Shown piece after piece: positions 49,825-59,624 of a stretch of 64,000 nt of DNA. The stretch lies in NCBI GenBank assembly GCA_021513715.1, contig CP084167.1:928001-992000 (forward strand). Direction: 5' to 3'. This DNA is from Candidatus Heimdallarchaeum endolithica (lineage in GTDB: Archaea > Asgardarchaeota > Heimdallarchaeia > Heimdallarchaeales > Heimdallarchaeaceae). The notes below the pieces were generated by a model. The model had not been told where the DNA came from. It made no database searches and saw only the letters and a list, made by a program, of their open reading frames with translations. The position numbers and the translations under genes were made by a program. Positions within the stretch are counted from its first letter, which is position 1, and the number at the start of each line of letters is the position of its first letter.

Positions 49825-50910
49825 ATGAAAGTTTTAATGCTAGCAAGCTGCTTTCCAACTGAAAAAGAACCATATTTATGTTTATTTCTTAAAGAACTAG
49901 AAGAACAGTTAGTAAATTATGTTCCAGAGCATTTTGTAATAAGCCTTCATGGGTACAATAAACTAAAATTGTTTAAAAGATTATTAGAAATTAAAAAATT
50001 TAATAAGGAGCATAATATTAACATTATTCACGCTCAGTTTGGTTATTCTGCAGGTTTCTATGGATCATTAATAAAGAGAAAAAAACAAGCATTTATTGTA
50101 ACTGTCCATCGATTTGAACTTTTTGAGAAAAGTAAAAGACCATTTGTTAATTTTGGGTTAAAAAGAGCAGATTTGATCATAGCTGTTAGTAATTATATTC
50201 GTAAAGAGATAATTAAACTTAATAGTAAACTAGCAAACAAAACAATTGTTTTACCTAACGGAGTAAATACAGAAAAATTTGCTAAAGAAGAGATACGATT
50301 AGTAAAAGAAAAACAAGAAATAAAAATAGGTACTTTGGCCCACCACAGCAAAAGAAAAGGAATTGATAAATTAATTAAAGCATTTAAGTTGTTAGAAGAA
50401 GAAAACAATAATGTTTCTTTACACATTGGAGGTAAAGGACCAGAAACAGATAACCTTAGGAAACTAGCAGAAGAAAAAGGAATAAAAAACATTCACTTTC
50501 ATGGAAGTTTATCAGAGGAAGAAAAAGTAAAATTCTATCAAATGCTAGATATTTTCGTCTTATCTTCTGATTCTGAAGGACATCCAGTTGCTCTACTTGA
50601 ATCAATGTGTGTAGGAGTTTGTCCTGTAGTTTCAAATATTCCATCAATAGAAAATACAGTAATTGACAAAGAAAATGGAAGAATTTTTGAACTGGAAGAT
50701 ATAGATGAACTATCTTCAATTTTAAAAGAATTAACAGAGAATGTAGAAATGATTAACAAATACAAGATTAGTTCTCGAAAAAAAGTTCTAGAAGAATATG
50801 ACTTAAAAAAGAGAGCTGATAAATTAAGTCAGATTTACAAAAATATTTATGAAAAAAAAAGTTATTTCTTGAAGCGTTCAAATAACAATTCAGCAAAAAT
50901 ACGAGATTGA
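49825..50910 (+). CDS. GT4 glycosyltransferase
   Basis: IHAQF, VTVH, AVS, PNGV, KRKG, EGHPVALLESM. Confidence 0.92.
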   Translation: MKVLMLASCFPTEKEPYLCLFLKELEEQLVNYVPEHFVISLHGYNKLKLFKRLLEIKKFNKEHNINIIHAQFGYSAGFYGSLIKRKKQAFIVTVHRFELFEKSKRPFVNFGLKRADLIIAVSNYIRKEIIKLNSKLANKTIVLPNGVNTEKFAKEEIRLVKEKQEIKIGTLAHHSKRKGIDKLIKAFKLLEEENNNVSLHIGGKGPETDNLRKLAEEKGIKNIHFHGSLSEEEKVKFYQMLDIFVLSSDSEGHPVALLESMCVGVCPVVSNIPSIENTVIDKENGRIFELEDIDELSSILKELTENVEMINKYKISSRKKVLEEYDLKKRADKLSQIYKNIYEKKSYFLKRSNNNSAKIRD

Positions 50911-52109
50911 TTCTTTCTACTGAAAAAACTTAATTTTTCTCTATTACATCCATATTCTAACTTTCCTTTTTTCCATAAAGCCCACAGATTTTCTAATTTA
51001 GCAGAAATTTCATCTACTTTTTCAGTTACTTGAGAGAACTTCTGTTCTATTTTAAAACAAAGCTTGTCTATTTCTCCTTTTTCTCCCACTAAAAGAATAT
51101 GAGAATTTGCAGAAGCATAGTCATATACTTTGGTGTGCAACATATATTCTGTTTTTTTAGGAACAACGTCAATAACTATATGAGAACGGTCTATTGCATT
51201 AAATAACTCTTCTTTTGAAAGGTATCCCAGATCAGAGAAATAATCTAAACTAATATTTGCTCTCTTTAACATTCTTTTCAAAACTTTCCTTGAAGTATTT
51301 CCTGCATATTGAAATACTAGTTCATCACTATCTATTCTGTTTTCTTTAATAAATTTCCCTAAGCCAAAAAAGAAATGTTGCATTGTCTTTTTCTGTAGCA
51401 AATAAAAGTTCCCAAAATAAGAGATCACAAACTTGTTTTCACCTTTCTTAGAAAAAGTAGTTGGTATTGTATCCAAAGAAAATCCATTATAGACTATCTT
51501 AATGGAATCTAAGGGTATATCAATTGATTTTGAGATTAGCTTTGCGCACTCCTCTCCAACAGTAACAATTAAATCAGCACTTTCTGCTATTTTCTTCTCT
51601 ATTTTCTTTACTCTTCTTTTACCTAATGAAAAAGGAAATTTAATAAAAGGATTCCCACTCCAAGGATCGCGATAGTCAAGAACTAGTGGTACATTAAATT
51701 CTTTGGCTAATTTATATCCTATAATTATAGAAGAATATGGGGGAGCTGTAGCTATTATTGCATCCAGTTTTATATCAGATAGCTTTTCTTGAGCTTCTCT
51801 TAAAGCGGATTTTATCCATTGAAAATAAATATCAGGAAAAAATAATAATTGGTCAAGTTTAAATAATTCTAACAAAACTAAAATTTTTGTTTTGTAACCT
51901 ATTTCTCGAAGTTTAGGGCGCTTTGAGCATATTGGAGTAATAGAAGTTTTTGATGAAATGTCTTCATTATTAATGCAAACATTTCTATTACTTGTTAGTA
52001 AAAATACGTTCACATCATTTTCAGCAAGGTATTTACAAAAACTAGAAGGTCTTATTCTTCCTACAGCTTTATCGGGAGGATAAAAGTAAGAAACAAATAG
52101 CACATTCAT
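50862..52109 (-). CDS. GT4-like glycosyltransferase
   Basis: VSYFYPP...G..R, ATAPP, LDYRDPW, YNGF, YFGNFY, TKVYDY; start at MNVLFV preferred over 52130. Confidence 0.85.
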   Translation of the reverse strand: MNVLFVSYFYPPDKAVGRIRPSSFCKYLAENDVNVFLLTSNRNVCINNEDISSKTSITPICSKRPKLREIGYKTKILVLLELFKLDQLLFFPDIYFQWIKSALREAQEKLSDIKLDAIIATAPPYSSIIIGYKLAKEFNVPLVLDYRDPWSGNPFIKFPFSLGKRRVKKIEKKIAESADLIVTVGEECAKLISKSIDIPLDSIKIVYNGFSLDTIPTTFSKKGENKFVISYFGNFYLLQKKTMQHFFFGLGKFIKENRIDSDELVFQYAGNTSRKVLKRMLKRANISLDYFSDLGYLSKEELFNAIDRSHIVIDVVPKKTEYMLHTKVYDYASANSHILLVGEKGEIDKLCFKIEQKFSQVTEKVDEISAKLENLWALWKKGKLEYGCNREKLSFFSRKNQSRIFAELLFERFKK

Positions 52110-52213
52110 AATACAACAAGAAATAATCATTTTATATCTTTTATCTTTACATTTTCTAAATAAACAGATGCTCTATATGATAAGTTTAAAAAGAGTGATA
52201 TTCTTTTGAATTT

Positions 52214-53293
52214 ATGATTCCAAGAACAACTGTAGACATTAGTGATGAAGAAAAAAATGCCATTAATAGAGTAATCGAAAGTGGTCAGTTTGTTAAGGGA
52301 AAAGAATGCGAAGAATTTGAAAAAGAGTTCAGTTCATATCAAGGAGTAAAATATGGGGCGGGAGTGAATTCTGGAACGTCAGCTCTTCATTTATCGTTAT
52401 TAGCTCTAGATTTAAAGCCGGGAGATGAAGTAATAACTGTCCCAAATACTTTTGCAGCTACTATCAATGCAATAATTATAGCAGGAGGAAAACCTGTTTT
52501 TATAGATATAGATCCAGAAACTTTTACAATTAATGTGGAAAAAATAGCAGAAAAAATAACAGAAAAAACAAAAGTAATTTTACCCGTACATCTTTATGGG
52601 TTAATGGCAGATATGAAACATATTAAAGATATTGCTGAAGACAATAATTTGTTGATTCTAGAAGATGCTTGTCAAGCTCATGGAGCAGAGATAGATGGAA
52701 AAAAAGCTGGACAATTTGGAGATTTAGCAGCATTCTCATTCTTTCCTACAAAAAATATAACTGTTGCTGGCGATGGAGGAATGGTTATTTCTAATAATGA
52801 AGAGCTTATCCAAAAAATAAAAGCATTAAGAGATCATGGTAGAATAAATAAAAAACATGTTATGGCAGGACTAAATAATAGAATGAGTGAAATATTAGCA
52901 GCTATAGGAAGAGAACATCTAAAAAAAATAGACAAATTCACACAACACAGGAGAAAAATAGCTGAATTGTATAAGAATAAATTAGAAGACATTGAACAGA
53001 TAACTTTGCCCATAGAACCGAGAAATTATAAACATGTTTATCATTTATACACAATAAGAGGAAATGATAGAGACGATTTGAAATCTTATCTATACTCCAA
53101 TAATATTGGTTCAAGTATAATGTACGCAGAACAGCTAAATAAGCTGGATTATGTTATTCAAGTTGCAGGAATACAAAACACTCCAATAAATGAGCAAATA
53201 AACAAAGAGATCTTATCTATACCAATCTCTGGAACACTTGATATAGATCTAGTAGAACAGACAATAGATACAATACTTAAGAGATACAACTAA
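52214..53293 (+). CDS. DegT-family aminotransferase (WbpE-like)
   Basis: NSGTSAL, PVHLYG, EDACQAHGA, FSFFPTKN...GDGG, HVYHLYTIR. Confidence 0.9.
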   Translation: MIPRTTVDISDEEKNAINRVIESGQFVKGKECEEFEKEFSSYQGVKYGAGVNSGTSALHLSLLALDLKPGDEVITVPNTFAATINAIIIAGGKPVFIDIDPETFTINVEKIAEKITEKTKVILPVHLYGLMADMKHIKDIAEDNNLLILEDACQAHGAEIDGKKAGQFGDLAAFSFFPTKNITVAGDGGMVISNNEELIQKIKALRDHGRINKKHVMAGLNNRMSEILAAIGREHLKKIDKFTQHRRKIAELYKNKLEDIEQITLPIEPRNYKHVYHLYTIRGNDRDDLKSYLYSNNIGSSIMYAEQLNKLDYVIQVAGIQNTPINEQINKEILSIPISGTLDIDLVEQTIDTILKRYN

Positions 53294-53377
53294 ATAAATA
53301 TCACATTGAAAAATCTGAAAGTTCAACAACATGTTTAAAAAACAGACATTTTTTTTTGTTTTAGATTATATCAGAGA

Positions 53378-54013
53378 GTGTTAAACTTGTGGACAAAAGC
53401 TAGCGATTTTGTAAAGATAGGAGAAAATGTAGTTATAGGAGCATATTCTGTGCTTGGTGTAAAACCTAGGAGTGAACAGATTACAGATCTAATAATTGGG
53501 GATAACAGCATTATTCGTTCTCATTCAGTTTTATATACAAATACTAAAATCGGAGAAAAATTTCAAACAGGACACGGGGTTTTAATTAGAGAAAACAACA
53601 TAATTGGGAAAAATGTTAGTTTTGGTTCTCATAGCATTATTGAGAGAGATGCTTTTATAGGAAATAATGTAAGAATTCATTCAAATGTTTTTATTCCAGA
53701 ATATACTCACATTGAAGATAACGCGTGGATAGGACCCAATGTTGTTATAACTAATGCTTATCATCCATTGTGTAAAAAAGCTAAAGAATGTATGAAAGGA
53801 CCAACAATCAAGAAACATGCGATTATAGGCGCAAATACAACTATTTTACCATATGTAGTTATCGGAGAAAAAGCTTTTGTTGCAGCGGGTTCTGTTGTAA
53901 CAAGAGATGTACCTAACGGAAAAGTTGTAGCTGGAAATCCTGCAAAAATTATTAATAATACAAAAAATTTAGAATGTAAAACGGGAATCTTAGGAAAAAA
54001 TCCATACAGGTGA
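53378..54013 (+). CDS. Hexapeptide N-acetyltransferase (WbpD-like)
   Basis: Hexapeptide repeats, IGPNVVITN, IGANTTILP, AGSVVTRDVP....AGNPA. Confidence 0.88.
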   Translation: MLNLWTKASDFVKIGENVVIGAYSVLGVKPRSEQITDLIIGDNSIIRSHSVLYTNTKIGEKFQTGHGVLIRENNIIGKNVSFGSHSIIERDAFIGNNVRIHSNVFIPEYTHIEDNAWIGPNVVITNAYHPLCKKAKECMKGPTIKKHAIIGANTTILPYVVIGEKAFVAAGSVVTRDVPNGKVVAGNPAKIINNTKNLECKTGILGKNPYR

Positions 54014-54017
54014 ATTT

Positions 54018-55013
54018 ATGTCAAAAATAGCTCTAGTTGGTTTTGGTTATTGGGGAAAAAATCATTTTAAAACTTTAAAAAAACTAAAAGATGAAGGAAT
54101 AATAGAAAAAATAACTGTTTGTGATTTAAACAAAAATGCATTAAGAAATTTAGAAAAAGAAGATGAAATAGAGATATGCTATGATTGGAAAAAACTCCTT
54201 ACGAGTGATATTGACCTAGTTTCGATAGTATCTCCAACCCCATTACACTACGAAATGGCTAAAGAATTTATGCTGAGAGGTAAAGATGTATTAGTTGAAA
54301 AACCTCTAGCAATGAACGCTAATGAATGTGATGAACTTATAGAAATCTCAGAAAAAGCAGGTTCAGGGTTGATGGTTGGACATATTTTTAGATTCCACCC
54401 AGGAGTAGTAGAGTTAAGAAACATGATAAGAAAAGGAGATTTTGGTAATATATTAAATATTTTTATTAGAAGACAGACTCTACGAGTACCCAGAAAAGAT
54501 ATGGGAGTATTGCTTGCACTAGGAATCCATGAAGTAGATATAGCTTGCTTCCTCCTAAATGAAGAATTACCAGAAACAATATATGCAGATATAAATAGTT
54601 ATTTTGGAAATGCAGAAGAAATGGCTCTAATAATCCAAAAGTTCAAGAATACAACAGCTTATTTTTACGAAAGCTGGATAGACCCATCTAAAGGTAAATT
54701 CAGAGAATTAACTTTAATTGGAACAAATGGAACTGCAAGCCTGAATTTTTCAGAACCTGATAGAATTACAATTCATCAGTCTTATCTAGAAAGAAAACAA
54801 GAAGAAAATTTCAGTGTTGTAAACGGCGGAGACTTTATAGTTAGGCTCGAATATTCCGAACCATTATATAATGAGTTAAAACATTTTATTGAAGAAAGTA
54901 ATAACAAAAAAAATTATCATTCAAATGGTTATGTGGGCAAAAGAGCTGTAGAGTTAATTGAGAAAGCTTTACTTTCAAACAAACAACAAACTTTCATTGA
55001 AGTAAAGAATTAA
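54018..55013 (+). CDS. Gfo/Idh/MocA oxidoreductase (WbpB-like)
   Basis: GFGYWGKNH, P...H, VLVEKP, MVGHIFRFHP, HEVD, EPL..EL.HF. Confidence 0.88.
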   Translation: MSKIALVGFGYWGKNHFKTLKKLKDEGIIEKITVCDLNKNALRNLEKEDEIEICYDWKKLLTSDIDLVSIVSPTPLHYEMAKEFMLRGKDVLVEKPLAMNANECDELIEISEKAGSGLMVGHIFRFHPGVVELRNMIRKGDFGNILNIFIRRQTLRVPRKDMGVLLALGIHEVDIACFLLNEELPETIYADINSYFGNAEEMALIIQKFKNTTAYFYESWIDPSKGKFRELTLIGTNGTASLNFSEPDRITIHQSYLERKQEENFSVVNGGDFIVRLEYSEPLYNELKHFIEESNNKKNYHSNGYVGKRAVELIEKALLSNKQQTFIEVKN

Positions 55014-55307
55014 TTTCATTAAGAAACTTTTAATTTTCAATGGGAATATTAATTGTGCTATAGAAAGATACTTTTTTGGTTCCATTAATACAGTTAACAA
55101 AAAAAAGAAAAAATCAATTGAAAAAAAATTAGAGTTTATGGAAATAGTTTTTAAGAAATACTAAAACTAACAAGAGAAAATAACGAAATAAGAAAAAAAG
55201 TACACGAAGAAAAGAAGTGAAAAAGTTATAGATTTAGTTTAGTTAATCTGCAATCCTTTTACAGATATTTGATTATCCTATTCTATTAAAACAATAAGTA
55301 AAATTTA

Positions 55308-56261
55308 CTAAAAATTAGTCTGTATTGGAGAAGAATCAGTAGAATAAATTTTATCAAGTTCAAAGAGAGAAAGAATATCAGCTATTTTCTCTTTTTCCAC
55401 TTTAGTAAGATCTCTTTTCCATTTGTCAATTAGACTATCACCAGTTAAAAGAGCACTGTCTTTTCTAACTTCAGGAGAGGGTTTTTTCATAATTTTACAA
55501 ATAGACTTATCATAATCTCTCCCAATGAAAGAAAATAATTTTTCCAATTCTTCTTCTGGATAAAGCACTAAATGCTCATAAAAAATCAAGTGAAAATCAT
55601 TGTCTGATAATTGTTTAAGGGGAACATAATTTTCAATACACCAAAGAAAAAGGCTTTTTTCGAATTGCGTATCAGCTTTCTCAATGTCTCTCTTAAACTC
55701 ATTTAGATAGTCATCCATTAGTAGTGGTTGAGAAAGAAAAGTAGACAAATCAGTCACCCAGTTTTGTTTAATACGAGAAACAATTACTGCTCCAGGATGA
55801 CGCATTAAAAAAATAAGTTTGATTTCAGGAAAATGAACCTTAATTCATTTTAGCATAAGATTTGTGCGAATATCCTTAACCAGTCTTTTTGTGCAAAAAA
55901 ACTTCTTGTTAAAACGATCAATCCAACTATTACGTATTGCTCCAGAAAGAATTTTCTCTGCGGGAAGCAAAAAAGAACTTTCATTATTATCTGGTCTAAG
56001 ATACTGTCTGTAGTAAAAATGAATACAAAGAGGAACTTTTTTAGAATGAAAAGGTTCGAAAAGATAACGATATTCGTTTCTATAATTAATAATATTAGAC
56101 AACCAAGTTGTTCCACTACGACCTGTTCCAGCTAAAAAAATAGTGTTGCGATAATCAGTGTCTAAGTTAATGTAAACTTTACTAAAAAGACGCATTTTAA
56201 TAGAATCAACTAAAGTACCCTCTTTTCTTTTGCGATTAATTTTTTGTATAAACTCACTCAT
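55308..56261 (-). pseudogene. Sulfotransferase interrupted by one in-frame TGA (55845-55847)
   Basis: N-half has GTGRSGTTWL and FEPF, ends NLMLK-TGA; the same frame continues IKVHFPEIKLIFLMRHPGAVIVSR...FYEHL...KWK. Confidence 0.85.
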
Positions 56262-56494
56262 ATAATCACTTTAAGAAGATTTGAACAATTGACTTTTTTA
56301 CAAAACTCAAAGAAACAAAGTTCATAGCCGAATTTCAAGAGTATCTGCAAAGAAACACTATCATTAGTTATCTTAACTATAAAGATGAAAGTAACTTCAT
56401 AAAAAATAACAGTTATTTCTTTTTAATTCTTACCATATGAATTAAACAATTAATAGTTAAGTAAACTTTTTATTTTCTATCCTAATTTTAAATT

Positions 56495-58327
56495 GTGAGA
56501 TATAAAGATCCTTTTCTTATTCCAATAACGCAAATTAGTAAAACAAAGAAATTAAGGAAGGAAGAAAAGATACAATTAATAGAAAATATCTTTCAAAAAA
56601 TAATACAACTAACTGGAGAAAATGAAGAAATAATAAAAAAAATAGAAGAAATAAGGAAAATAATAGCGAAGAGCGGAATAGAAATTAATATAGAAAAAGA
56701 ATATCTCAAGAATTTAAAAAATTTAAAAAATTTAAAAAATTTAAACAGAAAATTCAACTTTAGTTTAGACGAAAAAAAATCAAATATTTTTATTACCCCC
56801 TATCATCTTTCATTAATAACAAGCATTTGCTTAATAGACCCAGAAAGCAATGGAGAGTTTAACACACCATTCTATATAGCTGAATATATGGCAAAAAGAG
56901 CAATAAAATACTATTTAACAAAAAACAAATCAGAAGAAAAAACAGAAAAAAACAAACTATTAAGATTTAAGTTTGCAGATATAGCTAGTGGAACAGGAAA
57001 CTTAATAATCGCTCTCTTATATGAAATAGAAGAGAGAATAGAAAAAGAAGAAGAGTTAGAAAATGAAGAATTAATAGAGTTTATCAGTAACAACATTTAT
57101 TGTTACGATAATAACCAGCTAGCATTAAAAATAAATGAGCTTAGACTACTCTTATTAATCAAATATTCTCTGGAAGAAGCAGGATTAAGAAAAATAAATT
57201 TTAAAACAATAAAAACAAATACTTTGGATAAAGAAAAAATAAAGAAAAACAATTATTTTGATATTATTTTAATAAATCCACCCTTCAAAACTTATGGATT
57301 AAGAAATGGACAAAAATATAGCCAAGAATTAAAAAACTATTTAAGAAGAGAATATAAGACAGCAGAGTATAAACTCCCACTTTATCCACTATTCATGGAA
57401 AGAGCGATAGAACTACTAAAAAAAAGAGGAGTGCTCGGAGTAGTCAGCCCAGATAGTTTTTTGTTAGGTAAATATTACTCAAAAATAAGAAAATATATAC
57501 TCAATAACACTACAATTAAAGAAATAACATTATTAGACTATGAACCCTTTGAAAAAGTAACACTAGGAAGAACAGCACTAACTTTCTATATGAAAAAAAA
57601 TGAAAAAGAAAAAATATATAGTCAAATAATCACAAAAAGAATAGGCAATTATCAATCTTTTACAAACAAAAATGAGATTAAAAGATATTTAAACGACGAA
57701 AAAAAATTCCTAAATAATGATCGAAATAGATTTTTTCTGTTCTTTAATGAGAAAGAAGAAAAAATGGTAGAAAAATGGATAGAAAAAGCAGATTGTAAAT
57801 TGGAAGATTTAGTAACAATACATACAGGAATAAGAAGCAAAATAGGACAAAAAAAGATCATTAGCTTAAAAAAACATGATGAAAATTGGAAAAAAGGAAT
57901 AATATCAGGAAAACAGATAAAACCTTATTACCTAGAGTATAAAGGACATTGGATAAAAGTTGATCCATCAGTATTATGGGCTGGAGGGTATAAAAAAGAA
58001 ATAATAGAAAAACCGAAAATATTTATTAGACAGACAGGAGATAAGATAATAGCTTGCGTAGATCAAGAAGGATATTACCACTTAAATAATATTCACTCTC
58101 TAGCCCCAAGAGATGAAACAATTGATCTTTACTCTTTATCTGTTATATTAAATTCTAAAGAATTTAACCAAATATACCAAATATTAAGTATGGAAAAAGG
58201 AAGAAATTTTGCTCAGATAGATATAGATTTCTTATTAAGGATGCCAATAATTAATTTCTCAAATGAGAAAAAGAGAAAGCTACAAAAATTTTACTACCTT
58301 CAAAATGATAAGAAAAAAATGGAATAA
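56495..58327 (+). CDS. Solitary N6-adenine DNA methyltransferase (Eco57I/TaqI-like, gamma order)
   Basis: GEFNTP, motif I DIASGTGN, motif IV NPPF, LY.LF.E, TaqI_C-like KIFIRQT and LNS. Confidence 0.88.
   Translation: MRYKDPFLIPITQISKTKKLRKEEKIQLIENIFQKIIQLTGENEEIIKKIEEIRKIIAKSGIEINIEKEYLKNLKNLKNLKNLNRKFNFSLDEKKSNIFITPYHLSLITSICLIDPESNGEFNTPFYIAEYMAKRAIKYYLTKNKSEEKTEKNKLLRFKFADIASGTGNLIIALLYEIEERIEKEEELENEELIEFISNNIYCYDNNQLALKINELRLLLLIKYSLEEAGLRKINFKTIKTNTLDKEKIKKNNYFDIILINPPFKTYGLRNGQKYSQELKNYLRREYKTAEYKLPLYPLFMERAIELLKKRGVLGVVSPDSFLLGKYYSKIRKYILNNTTIKEITLLDYEPFEKVTLGRTALTFYMKKNEKEKIYSQIITKRIGNYQSFTNKNEIKRYLNDEKKFLNNDRNRFFLFFNEKEEKMVEKWIEKADCKLEDLVTIHTGIRSKIGQKKIISLKKHDENWKKGIISGKQIKPYYLEYKGHWIKVDPSVLWAGGYKKEIIEKPKIFIRQTGDKIIACVDQEGYYHLNNIHSLAPRDETIDLYSLSVILNSKEFNQIYQILSMEKGRNFAQIDIDFLLRMPIINFSNEKKRKLQKFYYLQNDKKKME
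56711..56746 (+). repeat. In-frame 9-bp tandem repeat (AATTTAAAA)x3 plus one imperfect copy inside the methyltransferase
   Basis: Encodes NLKNLKNLKNLN. Confidence 0.85.
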
Positions 58328-58675
58328 CGTTAAAACGAATAGCGTAAAATTTGTATTTAAAAAACAATTTTTTGCTTAAAATCATTAATATTGTTTATAT
58401 TAAAAAACTGAAAGAAGGATTAAAAGCAAGATGAGAATTCAACCAAGAAAAACGGTAAATGTTAAATCTAAATTATTTTGAATTTATTAAATTTTTACTT
58501 TTTCTAATAGCATAAATTTAAAATAATAGAAATATATGTATGATACTAACAAACTCTACTTGGTTTTATAATGTTACACCAACAACGAATTTAAAGATCC
58601 TATTTAACTTTTTAAAAATCACAAAAATAAAAAACATAGAAAAAAATAAATACAAAACAAATAACGAGTCCTATT

Positions 58676-59623
58676 ATGAATAAACTACTAATCACAGGTG
58701 GATTAGGTTTCATTGGAACTAATTTAATACAGAATCTTTTAAAGGAAAATGAGTTTAATATAGTAAGCGTAGATAATAACTTTATTAATGTGAAACCAAC
58801 AATATTTCAAAAAAGAATAACAACGTATTTTTGTGATATTACAGACAGAAAAAAGTTAGAATATATCTTTAAAAAAGAAAGACCAGATATAGTAGTGCAT
58901 CTTGCTGCTATACATTATATACCTTATTGCATTTCAAGGCCATCAGAAACGATAATGAATAATGTTATTGGAACAGAGTCTGTACTTAATGCAGCCAAAA
59001 AAAATAATGTCTTAAAAGTGATTTTTGCTTCCTCTGCCGCAGTTTATAAACCTTCAGATTACAAACACAAAGAAAATGATGAATTAAAACCTTTAGAAAT
59101 CTATGGAGAATCAAAGTTATTCGGAGAATATATATTACAAAGATATTCAAAAGAAACAGATATAAAATCAATAGCTTTAAGATTATTTAATGTCTATGGA
59201 GATTATGAGACTAACCCACATCTGATCCCTGATCTTGTTAAACAAATAAAAGATGGTAAGACAAAAATTACTCTAGGGAATCTTGAACCAAAAAGAGATT
59301 ACATTCATGTAAATGACGTTGTTCATGCGATTCAGATGTTAATAAACTTTGAAACAAAAGATGAATTTCAAGTCTATAATGTAGGAACAGGTATAGGGAC
59401 ATCAGTTGAAAAAATTGCAGAATATTTGGAAGAAAATTGTAAGAATAAACTAATTTTTAACTCTATTTCTAAAAAAAAGAGAAAGAATGATCGTATGAAT
59501 TTAGTAGCAGATATATCTAAAATCAAAGAAGAACTTGGTTGGTATCCAAAAATTAATGTTAAGGAAGGAATTGCAAAACTGTTAGAAAGTGATAACTACT
59601 TTCAACAAAAGAATAGTGATTAA
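58676..59623 (+). CDS. NAD-dependent nucleotide-sugar epimerase/dehydratase
   Basis: TGGLGFIG, HLAAIHYIP, SSAAVY, YGESK, RLFNVYG..ETNPHLIP, RDYIHV.D. Confidence 0.9.
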   Translation: MNKLLITGGLGFIGTNLIQNLLKENEFNIVSVDNNFINVKPTIFQKRITTYFCDITDRKKLEYIFKKERPDIVVHLAAIHYIPYCISRPSETIMNNVIGTESVLNAAKKNNVLKVIFASSAAVYKPSDYKHKENDELKPLEIYGESKLFGEYILQRYSKETDIKSIALRLFNVYGDYETNPHLIPDLVKQIKDGKTKITLGNLEPKRDYIHVNDVVHAIQMLINFETKDEFQVYNVGTGIGTSVEKIAEYLEENCKNKLIFNSISKKKRKNDRMNLVADISKIKEELGWYPKINVKEGIAKLLESDNYFQQKNSD

Positions 59624-59624
59624 A

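Noticed and set aside
55845-55847. TGA as selenocysteine or a reassigned codon
   Set aside because: The context suggests Trp rather than Cys, no SECIS was seen nearby, and TGA terminates other genes here (e.g. 2353, 9053, 42009, 54013)
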